From Campylobacterota bacterium (lineage in GTDB: Bacteria; Campylobacterota; Campylobacteria; Campylobacterales; Sulfurovaceae), in the NCBI GenBank assembly GCA_034722955.1, contig JAYEOM010000058.1:1-43129 (forward strand): DNA of 43,129 nucleotides, read 5' to 3'. Shown piece by piece: positions 1-8,565 of the stretch. How positions within the stretch are numbered: position 1 is the first letter of the stretch; every line of letters begins with the position of its first letter. The notes beneath the pieces were generated by a model. It had not been told where the DNA came from. It ran no database searches and saw only the letters and a program-made list of their open reading frames with translations. A program made the translations under genes and the position numbers.

Positions 1-292
1 ATGTAGAGCTACTTGATATGGTAAAACTAGGGTTTACAAATGCAGCTCTTCTCTCTACTGATGGACAACCAGCATACCATCCAAAACTACTGCTAAAAAT
101 ATATATCTATGGCTACCTCAATAAAATAAGAAGTAGTAGAAGAGAATGCTCTTATAATGTTTAGTTACAATTTCAGACGATTACTTAATCTCATAGGGAT
201 AGCTCTGTTTAGAAAACTAATAATTGCCCTAAAAGTGGGATTTTGAATCAAGATTTTAGGGGTGAGACTGGGTGAGTTGCTTCACAGTCTCA
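1..292 (+). mobile_element. IS1182-family insertion sequence remnant: internally deleted transposase plus probable right end
   Basis: Frame 3 (3-143) reads VELLDMVKLGF..GQPAYHPKLLLKIYIYGYLNKIRSSR, the N-terminal DUF772-type motif. Frame 1 (142-246) reads ENALIMFSYNFRRLLNLIG, the C-terminal motif. Inverted repeat TGAGACTG/CAGTCTCA at 263-292. The element runs off the window start. Confidence 0.75.
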
Positions 293-313
293 GGACGGAG
301 TGGGAACGAGCAA

Positions 314-395
314 CACCATATCATTAGCCATGGTGTAAACCGTAGTGATATATTTAGACGATAGTGACTATGAGATGTTTTTAAAGATAGTCTGC
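314..395 (+). pseudogene. Frameshifted N-terminal fragment of a REP-associated tyrosine (Y1/HUH, RAYT-like) transposase
   Basis: 314-358 reads HHIISHGVNRSDIFR and, after a frame change, 360-395 reads DSDYEMFLKIVC. This matches the HvxxRGxxrxxIFxdxxDyxxFL N-terminus of RAYT/IS200-like enzymes. Confidence 0.6.
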
Positions 396-431
396 AGTGG
401 CAATAGATCAAGTAAAAAATAGAGTCTCACA

Positions 432-490
432 GGAGCTGTGGCTTTAGCCTCAGATATTAGTCGGAGTCGAAGCAATACTTCCAATAATCC
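432..490. repeat. REP-like imperfect palindromic repeat, copy 1
   Basis: GAGCTGTGGCTTTAGCCTCAG...AAGCAATACTTCCAATAATCC aligns without gaps to 27828-27885. Confidence 0.65.
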
Positions 491-512
491 TTTAGAACAA
501 TCAATATCTCTA

Positions 513-1682
513 TTAAAAACTTAGTGTATATTTCAAATAGTAAGTATTGCCTATCATTCCAAATTCACTCTGGTTTGAACCATTTTGTATCATCGCTCCT
601 AGCACGAAGGCGTTGTTGTCATTGAGAGTGTAGGTCAAGGCGGGGGATATAAATCGTGAATTTTCATCCAACTCTCCACTACCGAAACTCTCGATATAGA
701 GTAGTGAGCCTGAGAGGTAGATAGTGAAGTCATAATAGATCGTTGTACCGAAATAGAGATGTGACATATGGAGATGGGATACCAGCTGAGTATCTATATT
801 GGCTGCTATCTCCTCGTATGAAAAAGTCTCTGAGCTGTAGAGAGCTTCTACTGTCAAGTTAAGTCCACTTTGAAAAGCATAATCTGCACCTATGATCCCC
901 TGGAAGAGCTTTTTCTCATCTTCAAGCATGGAGGTTCCGCTATTTAGAGAACTTTTGATAAATGCCCCTTCGCTTCGCCACTCTATACCTGTATCTCCCA
1001 AGTCACCCTCTATAGCATAACCAATCATATCTGTCTTGTTTGATCTGATAGCACTCAGTGCGATATCAGTTTCACTTAGTGACATCTTGTATCTGACTGC
1101 GTATTTGAAACTATTATCTTCTCTCTGACTAGCTACCACACTGAGTTGTGATGTCTCACTCAGATATCTGGTGTATGAGAGTGCAGCCACACCAAATGTC
1201 TCATCAGGCTCCAGAGCATAAGTATTTCTAGGGTTAAAGAGATTGGTCGGTGTCCATATGCGCCCTACTCCCATAGTGATATTTTGCAAACCCGCAACTA
1301 TACGGTTTTTGGCATCATCATAGCCACCATAGAGACGATATAGTTTGGCATAGATCATACCCTCTTTATAGTCATAAAAAGAACTCTCTGTTTTAAATGG
1401 AGTATCAGATCGTATCTGTGAAATATACCCAAAAGATGTCGAAGCGACATACTCTCTGCCTAGATAGTTGACAACATCACCTATTGCTGTCACAAAGTAG
1501 TGACCATCTTTCCAGTCAGATCGCAACCTCATACGATCATAGTTATATAGATAATTGATATCCTCATATGGAACAAACGAAGCTTGAGAGAGGGTGAAGT
1601 TGGTATTTTCAAACCGCCACTCCATATCTGGAAAAAGCCAACTTGAGAGTAGTATGATGAGAAGAGTATACCGTCTAATCAC
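513..1682 (-). CDS. Putative outer-membrane beta-barrel protein associated with the ABC transporter operon
   Basis: 389 aa with an N-terminal signal-like segment, aromatic-rich alternating strands and a C-terminal YYLKYTLSF beta-signal. Overlaps the upstream ATPase gene by 4 nt. Confidence 0.6.
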   Translation of the reverse strand: MIRRYTLLIILLSSWLFPDMEWRFENTNFTLSQASFVPYEDINYLYNYDRMRLRSDWKDGHYFVTAIGDVVNYLGREYVASTSFGYISQIRSDTPFKTESSFYDYKEGMIYAKLYRLYGGYDDAKNRIVAGLQNITMGVGRIWTPTNLFNPRNTYALEPDETFGVAALSYTRYLSETSQLSVVASQREDNSFKYAVRYKMSLSETDIALSAIRSNKTDMIGYAIEGDLGDTGIEWRSEGAFIKSSLNSGTSMLEDEKKLFQGIIGADYAFQSGLNLTVEALYSSETFSYEEIAANIDTQLVSHLHMSHLYFGTTIYYDFTIYLSGSLLYIESFGSGELDENSRFISPALTYTLNDNNAFVLGAMIQNGSNQSEFGMIGNTYYLKYTLSF

Positions 1683-2347
1683 AAGACCAACCCCCCATCA
1701 TCCAGCAAGATGATACGCTTTGCACTCTCTACTACATAGTCATCATGTGAAGCAAAGAGGATAGTTACCCCCTCTTTTTCATTGAGCTCTCTCATCATAT
1801 CCATCAGCTTTATAGAGTTTTTACTGTCGAGATTGGCTGTGGGCTCATCAGCTAGTATGATCTTGGGTTTTGAAGCCACTGCTCTGGCAACTGCTACACG
1901 CTGCTGCTCTCCGCCACTGAGGAGATTTGGCACTGTTTTGAGCTTGTCTGTTATCTGCAAGAGAGAGGCAACCTCATAGACCCTATCTCTGATCTCCTCT
2001 CTATTGGCACCCTGCATACGCATGATGAAACCGATATTATCCTCTACACTCAATACAGGTACGAGGTTGTACGCTTGAAAGACAAATCCCATCTGTCTCA
2101 ATCGAATCTGAGTCTTCTCCTTGGCAGATAGATATGCGATCTCTCTGCCGTTTAGCTCTATACTACCCTCGGAGATAGTATCAAGCAGACCGATCGCATT
2201 GAGCAGTGTAGTTTTACCACAACCAGATGCTCCGCTGATAACTGAAAATTCACCATCTTTGATCTCTAAATTTATCTCTTTTAGGGCATGAACTTCTCTA
2301 GGTTCACCCCGATAAAAATACTTATTGACATGGCTTAGTTTGATCAT
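1679..2347 (-). CDS. ABC transporter ATP-binding protein, LolD/MacB-like
   Basis: Walker A GASGCGKT, GFVFQ, signature LSGGEQQRVAVARA, Walker B ILADEPT, SHD. Confidence 0.95.
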   Translation of the reverse strand: MIKLSHVNKYFYRGEPREVHALKEINLEIKDGEFSVISGASGCGKTTLLNAIGLLDTISEGSIELNGREIAYLSAKEKTQIRLRQMGFVFQAYNLVPVLSVEDNIGFIMRMQGANREEIRDRVYEVASLLQITDKLKTVPNLLSGGEQQRVAVARAVASKPKIILADEPTANLDSKNSIKLMDMMRELNEKEGVTILFASHDDYVVESAKRIILLDDGGLVL

Positions 2348-3564
2348 TTTGCATCCCTTATAACCTCTACGGGGTTCAATTTTTTGATTTTTTGCAGTGG
2401 CAGCACTACGCTCAATATAGATGCAATAATTATTGCAAAAAAGGTCGATATGAAGTAGCTTTTTTCGATCGTTGCGTAGAGAGTACTGCTCATCCCGAAA
2501 GACTCCATACCATCAGCAAACATACTAAGATCCAAACCATATATCTTTAGATAACTTAAGATTGACAACCCGATAATAGTCCCCAAAATATAGCCTGACA
2601 ACCCAAGCAGTACCGCTTCTATCATGATCTGGATGCGTATATAGCGATAAGCATAACCGATACTCAGCAGTATCCCAAACTCCCTGATGCGATCAAGTAT
2701 AGAGACATACATGACACCCAATATGCCTATAAAAACAACGACCATCACGATACCAAAAGTGATAGCATTGAAGATATCCATCATAGACTGCATCTGTTTT
2801 AGCTGCGGATAGAGCTCCATAAAGGTATAGAGATCCAGATCAGGGAAGATCTTTTTGATATCACTCTTGAGTAGAGAGGTATCCGCACTATCACACCTCA
2901 CTGCGATCTGTGTTGCACTCTGGGGGTCAATAACCAGCAGTGTCGATACCCTCTCTATAGGCAGATAGATACCTCTCTCATCCAGACTCAGGTTGCTAGT
3001 TTGGATGATCGCCTTGACGCGAAGTGCGATCGATTGTATCTCCAGCTGGCTATCTTGTGTCGTAAAGATCACTTTGGAGCCGATCTTAACTTTTAGTTTT
3101 TTGGCAAGTCCTTTTCCTATAAAGAGACCATTTTTACCAAAATCCAGTGACCCGCTCTTGAGAAAATCTTCAAATTGTCCGAACTTCTCCTCTGCTTGGA
3201 TATCTATACCTATCACTCTAGCTGGGTAGGACTTTCTAGCTGTCTTTGCCAATCCATCCACTTGGACTCTTCGCAAGGCAGAGCTCACAGTAGGCAACTG
3301 CTGTAACTCTTTTACTTTTGCTTGGGCATATTCTATACGATACTTTATATCATTTTCCAAACGGTACTTGTGGGCATAGAGGCTGATCTCTCCACTATCA
3401 CTACGCATCGATCTATCTATCATATGCAGAGACATACCACTATACAACCCCTCTAACCCCACCATCACACCCATACTCAAACCGATCATCAAGATCAGCA
3501 ATATAGCTCGGCTTTTTCGCAAAAATGCATTTTTGTAAGCCACTTCAAGTATAGTCTTAAACAT
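2344..3564 (-). CDS. ABC transporter permease, FtsX/MacB/LolE-like
   Basis: N-terminal TM, periplasmic domain, DRIREFGILLSIG motif, C-terminal TMs ending LNPVEVIR. Start moved to ATG 3564 (the track start at 3600 lies inside the upstream gene). Confidence 0.9.
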   Translation of the reverse strand: MFKTILEVAYKNAFLRKSRAILLILMIGLSMGVMVGLEGLYSGMSLHMIDRSMRSDSGEISLYAHKYRLENDIKYRIEYAQAKVKELQQLPTVSSALRRVQVDGLAKTARKSYPARVIGIDIQAEEKFGQFEDFLKSGSLDFGKNGLFIGKGLAKKLKVKIGSKVIFTTQDSQLEIQSIALRVKAIIQTSNLSLDERGIYLPIERVSTLLVIDPQSATQIAVRCDSADTSLLKSDIKKIFPDLDLYTFMELYPQLKQMQSMMDIFNAITFGIVMVVVFIGILGVMYVSILDRIREFGILLSIGYAYRYIRIQIMIEAVLLGLSGYILGTIIGLSILSYLKIYGLDLSMFADGMESFGMSSTLYATIEKSYFISTFFAIIIASILSVVLPLQKIKKLNPVEVIRDAK

Positions 3565-4768
3565 GATGCATCGCCTCGATAGGTGTATATGAGCGGACAT
3601 AGGCCATAGGATAGAGTATACTCAGCAGATTGAGCAGAAAGACCAGTGCTGCATTCCAAGCCACAGTCCAAGGATCAAAGAGTGTGGGAACCTCATCTGA
3701 GATGACACCATACTCTCTGTATAGATCACTCATACCAGGTATAACAATAGGTGAAATCTCAAAGTAGTATGCAGTATAAGCCCCTAGTGGTATCGCCAGT
3801 GCCAGAGCTGCCAGAGTCAAGATCATGATCTCATAGAGCAGGAGTCTATCTATATTGTTATCACTCAAGCCGATGCTTTTTAGGATACCGAACTCTTTGA
3901 TCCTCGCACTTACATTGATAAAACCGTAGATCATAATCACAAAAAATATCACCAGAAAAAAGAGTCCCATAGAGACATAACCAAAGATACTATCGATCTT
4001 CATCAACTCTACCATAGATTTCATCAGCTCCTCCCAACTGTAGAGTCTCATATCTTTTGGAAGCAGTCGGCTGATCTGCTCTGAGATATGATCATTATCT
4101 GACATCGTGCTAGCCATAGAGACTATATAACTAGAGCTATTTTGAGAGAAAAAAATCTGATCGAAATATGCTCTATTCATAAAAGCACTCTGTGCATCAA
4201 AATCATACATACCTGTCTTGAACAGACCACAGACTTGAAACAGCTCTGCCACAAAAGAGTAGTCTATAGCACTACCCACAAAACTCACCTCATCACCGAT
4301 CTTCAGCTGTAGTTTTTTTGCCAAGTCACTACCCATATAGAGACAAGCACCTCGGGAGTCATAAACCCCCTCTTTGAGTGCTTTTTTTAACTCTGATAGT
4401 TTTGTCTCCTTCTCAAAATCAACACCAGTTAGCATAATGGCAGCTGATCTCTCTTTGGATGAGCAGATACCATAGGTCTCTAGTCTGGAGCTATATGCCT
4501 TGAGTCCATCTATACCGTGAAATATTTCAAAAATATTCTGGTTATCCTCTATGAGATAGTCATAGCCACCCTCATCACGATAATCCTTTTGATATATCTG
4601 CATCGATCCGGTATAGACCTCTAGTGCATTTTTGAGCATACTGCTATGAGATCCATCCATAAAAGCAACATAGACTATGAAAAAATAGGCAGAGAAAAAA
4701 GTCAACAAGAGTGTAGTTATCGAACGACCCCTGTAGTAGAGTAGATTTTTAAGTGCCAATTCAAACAT
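3557..4768 (-). CDS. ABC transporter permease, FtsX/MacB/LolC-like
   Basis: LALKNLL..RS start, ARIKEFGILKSIG motif, ends TPIEAM. Probable ATG start at 4768. Confidence 0.9.
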   Translation of the reverse strand: MFELALKNLLYYRGRSITTLLLTFFSAYFFIVYVAFMDGSHSSMLKNALEVYTGSMQIYQKDYRDEGGYDYLIEDNQNIFEIFHGIDGLKAYSSRLETYGICSSKERSAAIMLTGVDFEKETKLSELKKALKEGVYDSRGACLYMGSDLAKKLQLKIGDEVSFVGSAIDYSFVAELFQVCGLFKTGMYDFDAQSAFMNRAYFDQIFFSQNSSSYIVSMASTMSDNDHISEQISRLLPKDMRLYSWEELMKSMVELMKIDSIFGYVSMGLFFLVIFFVIMIYGFINVSARIKEFGILKSIGLSDNNIDRLLLYEIMILTLAALALAIPLGAYTAYYFEISPIVIPGMSDLYREYGVISDEVPTLFDPWTVAWNAALVFLLNLLSILYPMAYVRSYTPIEAMHHV

Positions 4769-4777
4769 AGTCAAGCT

Positions 4778-5506
4778 CTATCTAGAGAAACGCTTTAAAG
4801 CACTTTTGCTAAAGTACTGATCACTGATGCCTGTGTCAAATTGAGCATTCTTGACTATGAGTGTTGTGAGATGGTTACTTCTGTTACTAGGCTTAACTTT
4901 CCAAACTGTTGGCAGATGGTAGTTGCCAAAACGCTTGACACGACTATAGCTAAATACTCGTACCTCTCTACCATCTTCATCATAAAATCGATCTTTGACT
5001 TCTGTATAGTGTGTGGTATCTATCTGACACACTATCTTGCCCCATACTACAGCAGCATTGGGCTTGGGTGTTAGCTCGATAGTTGCGATACTCCCTTTTT
5101 TGCTGATGAGTTTCGCACTGTAGTCATCTACTATCGAACTCTGCTTTACCATATCGTCATTGGTGATATCACTTCCCATCCAGTTTTGGAGCATCATCGA
5201 TGGCGGTATCTTGATGGTTCTTTCGATCTTTGGGATATACTGCCACATCTGCCCATTGAGATTCAGAAATGTTATACCTCTGTCTCTGGATGGGTCTGTT
5301 ATCTTTACAAAACTTTTTTTCTTCCCTTTTGCCCAAGTCTCCATCTCCATAGAGCGAGAGTGTCCTCGTGACTTTATTACCATCTTGATCTTCATATATA
5401 CACTTTTTCCACGCATATTTTGATCTACTTTTTTGATAATCTCACTCGCCTCATTGGCAAAGAGTGGCACTGATGCTGCCAATACAATCCATAAAAATAT
5501 TCTCAT
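4778..5506 (-). CDS. Outer membrane lipoprotein-sorting protein (LolA-like fold)
   Basis: Signal peptide, WQYIPKIERTIKI and WMGSDITNDD motifs, ends FSKSALKR. Confidence 0.85.
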   Translation of the reverse strand: MRIFLWIVLAASVPLFANEASEIIKKVDQNMRGKSVYMKIKMVIKSRGHSRSMEMETWAKGKKKSFVKITDPSRDRGITFLNLNGQMWQYIPKIERTIKIPPSMMLQNWMGSDITNDDMVKQSSIVDDYSAKLISKKGSIATIELTPKPNAAVVWGKIVCQIDTTHYTEVKDRFYDEDGREVRVFSYSRVKRFGNYHLPTVWKVKPSNRSNHLTTLIVKNAQFDTGISDQYFSKSALKRFSR

Positions 5507-5701
5507 CCAATCTCTCCTGATTTGGTCTGCTTTGTCTCATTGTATCCAAGATAGATACTCATTAATATTTAATATGATATCTGAAAATTATCTATTTGTC
5601 TCAAAAAAGCCAAAATAGATCAAATTTTGGTTCAAATGAGGTTCTATTAGTAAAAAAATATACAAAAGAGTGTAGAATAAAAAAGACAAAAAAGGTTTAC
5701 T

Positions 5702-8302
5702 ATGTATTACCACACCAAGAATATCGATGATTCACTCTCTACTTTAGAGACAGACTCTTCCGGCTTGAGTAGTGATGAAGTTCTCAAGAGAGAGAAGAGA
5801 TACGGTCCAAATATCCTCCCATCCAAACCTGATCTGACACTCTTCCAGCACTTCATACAGCAGTTTAAAAGCCCTATTATATATATCCTGCTCTTGGCAG
5901 CTTTGATGGCTATGATCATCGAGGAGTATACTGATGCCGGCTTTATATTTTTGGTTCTGATCATCAATGCTGTGATCGGAACTTATCAAGAGTATTCTGC
6001 TTCTCAAAAAGCCAAACTGCTTCAAAATCTCATCAGAACCAATGTCATGGTACTCAGAGATGGTGATATCCATGAGGTCGATAGCCGAAATATCGTACCT
6101 GGAGATATCCTGGCATTTGAACCAGGTACAAAAGTGGCAGCTGATACCAGACTCATAGAGTCAAAAAATCTTCTAGTAGATGAATCTCTGCTGACAGGCG
6201 AATCACTCGATGTCCATAAAGATGCTCTTTTTCTGAGTGATAACTCTGGTCTCATCCTGCCTGAGAGGATAAATATGCTCTTTGCAGGCACCTTCATCTC
6301 TAGCGGAAGAGCTATGGGAGTGGTGGCTTCCATCGGCAAAGAGACTGAGGCTGGAAAAATCGCACAGATGCTCAGCAAAAAAAGCAATGCCAAGATTCCT
6401 CTGCATGAAAAGATGGAAAAACTCTCCTTTACCATCTCTATCGTCATAGGTATAATGGTACTCATCCTTTTTGCAATAGGTATACTCAAAGGGATGAGCT
6501 TCTATACACTTCTTCTCTTCTCTATGGCTCTGGCTGTCTCTACGATACCAGAGGGGCTGCCTGTCGCCATCACCGTAGCTCTGACATCAGCCTCTGTAGC
6601 AATGTCCAAAAAAAATGTGATCGTACGCAAACTGGCCGCCATAGAGGGTCTGGGCTCATGTACACTCATAGCTAGCGACAAGACAGGAACGCTGACGCAA
6701 AATCGCCTCAGCGTAGAGTATTTTGTCTCGCCTAGTCATGTCTATGATACCAATACGATGAATGAAGCACACAATAAAGTCTATCTAGCCTCTATCCTAT
6801 GCAATGAGATACACTACGAAAAGTCAGCAGAGGGAGAGATAGATTTTTTTGGCGATCAGGTAGATATAGCATTGGCACGCTTTGCACAAAATGCTGATGA
6901 GTCCTATATAACCGGTAAAAGATTTTATAGAAAGATTGATGAGATACCCTATGAGCCAGAAAATAGATTTTCTGCGGTGATGATGGAGCAGGATGAGAAA
7001 ATTTTTCAATTTAGCAAAGGCTCTACAGAGACACTGCTGGAGCATTGTAGTGTCACAGAAGAGGAGAAGAGAGATATCTTAGAGAGTGTAGATGAGTGGG
7101 CACTCAAAGGGTATAGAACCATAGCACTAGCCTACAAAGAGTCCTATGATGAAGAGAAGATCAATCTCGAAAACTTTATATATCTGGGCTTCGTAGCTAT
7201 CATAGATCCAGTTAGAGAAGAGAGCCCTAAGGCGATCAAAAAAGCACAGGGTGCTGGTATCAAAGTAGTGATGATCACCGGCGATCATCCCAATACAGCC
7301 TTCTGTATCGCACAAAAGCTTGGGATTGCCTCCTCTAGTGAAGCAGTTATGAATGAACATGAGTTATTGGCCTGGGAAAATAGTGGAGCCAGAGCTGAGG
7401 AGATCAAAGATAAAGCAGTTTTTTCACGCGTGACTCCAGAGCAGAAGATGAAGATCGTCATCGCATTTCAGGCACTAGGACACTATGTGGCTGTCACAGG
7501 GGATGGTGTCAATGATGCACCTGCTCTCAGGCACTCCAACATAGGTGTAGCGATGGGAGAGAGTGGTACAGATATCGCCAAGGCTTCCAGTGACCTCATT
7601 CTGACCGATGACAATTTCGCCTCTATTGTCAACGGTATCAAAGAGGGGAGGCGTGCACACGACAATATCCGAAAAGTGATCTATCTACTGATATCGACAG
7701 GCTTTGCAGAGCTTGTTTTGGTTATGCTCTCCTTTGTTACAGGACTCTCTTTGCCACTGCTCCCTGTGCAGCTCTTGTGGCTCAATCTTGTCACAAACGG
7801 TATGCAAGATGTGATGCTAGGATTGGAAAAAGCAGAACCTGGACTTCTAAATAGAAAACCCAGAGACCCAAGTGAACCGATCTTTAACAAGATAATGATC
7901 AGGCGGATTTTAGTAGGTGGTTTCTATATAGGTATAGTCTCTTTTGTCCTCTTCTACTTTCTGCTTCAAGGGGGTGAGAGTATAGAGAGTGCCAGAAATA
8001 TCACACTTCTACTGATGGTACTATTTGAAAATGTCCATGTCTTTAACTCTAGAACAGAGATCAACTTCTTGTATAAGATGAGATACAAAAACAGTGAAGC
8101 ACTCATCATCGTAGTGATCTTTACCCAGCTTCTGCATATCGCTTGTATGAATATCCCTTTTATGCAAAATGTGCTATCCCTCCAGCCTGTCTCTCTCGAT
8201 ATATGGCTGATGCTTGCAGCCCTTGCCCTAGGACTAGTCGCCTTGATGGAGACCGACAAGTGGCTGATGTTAAGGAGAGGGTCAAAGAAGAGCAGTATAT
8301 AG
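5702..8302 (+). CDS. Cation-translocating P-type ATPase (type IIA-like)
   Basis: TGES, PEGLP, DKTGTLT phosphorylation motif, MITGD, TGDGVNDAPAL; 866 aa. Confidence 0.95.
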   Translation: MYYHTKNIDDSLSTLETDSSGLSSDEVLKREKRYGPNILPSKPDLTLFQHFIQQFKSPIIYILLLAALMAMIIEEYTDAGFIFLVLIINAVIGTYQEYSASQKAKLLQNLIRTNVMVLRDGDIHEVDSRNIVPGDILAFEPGTKVAADTRLIESKNLLVDESLLTGESLDVHKDALFLSDNSGLILPERINMLFAGTFISSGRAMGVVASIGKETEAGKIAQMLSKKSNAKIPLHEKMEKLSFTISIVIGIMVLILFAIGILKGMSFYTLLLFSMALAVSTIPEGLPVAITVALTSASVAMSKKNVIVRKLAAIEGLGSCTLIASDKTGTLTQNRLSVEYFVSPSHVYDTNTMNEAHNKVYLASILCNEIHYEKSAEGEIDFFGDQVDIALARFAQNADESYITGKRFYRKIDEIPYEPENRFSAVMMEQDEKIFQFSKGSTETLLEHCSVTEEEKRDILESVDEWALKGYRTIALAYKESYDEEKINLENFIYLGFVAIIDPVREESPKAIKKAQGAGIKVVMITGDHPNTAFCIAQKLGIASSSEAVMNEHELLAWENSGARAEEIKDKAVFSRVTPEQKMKIVIAFQALGHYVAVTGDGVNDAPALRHSNIGVAMGESGTDIAKASSDLILTDDNFASIVNGIKEGRRAHDNIRKVIYLLISTGFAELVLVMLSFVTGLSLPLLPVQLLWLNLVTNGMQDVMLGLEKAEPGLLNRKPRDPSEPIFNKIMIRRILVGGFYIGIVSFVLFYFLLQGGESIESARNITLLLMVLFENVHVFNSRTEINFLYKMRYKNSEALIIVVIFTQLLHIACMNIPFMQNVLSLQPVSLDIWLMLAALALGLVALMETDKWLMLRRGSKKSSI

Positions 8303-8304
8303 GA

Positions 8305-8435
8305 TTATGGGAGGCTCCCAAGCACAAAGAGAGGATTTTGTGATGAACAAGCATGACCATGAAAGGAGGAAGTCATACTTGATAACTAATGCTCTAGCCA
8401 CACAAAACTAATTGATCAATCCTCCCAAGTATTAC
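8305..8435 (-). ncRNA. Candidate small regulatory RNA with two C/U-rich anti-SD loops
   Basis: Minus-strand hairpins CAAGUAUGAC-[UUCCUCCUUUCAUG]-GUCAUGCUUG (8348-8381) and CACAAA-[AUCCUCUC]-UUUGUG (8323-8342), then UGGGA-GCC-UCCCA. A U-G wobble favours the minus strand. Confidence 0.45.
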
Positions 8436-8565
8436 AGTTAATAATATGCAAAAAATGAATATGGATGAACTCAAAACTGTATAAATTATTCACAATTTTA
8501 TTTTATATTAATATAGGTTAATAAATTATACTTATCATCACAGTTAAACTGGATATACTCTTGAT

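Noticed and set aside
8411..8420. ATTGATCAAT palindrome as an FNR box
   Set aside because: It lacks the 4-nt spacer of TTGAT-N4-ATCAA, and GATC-centred palindromes are frequent in this sequence.
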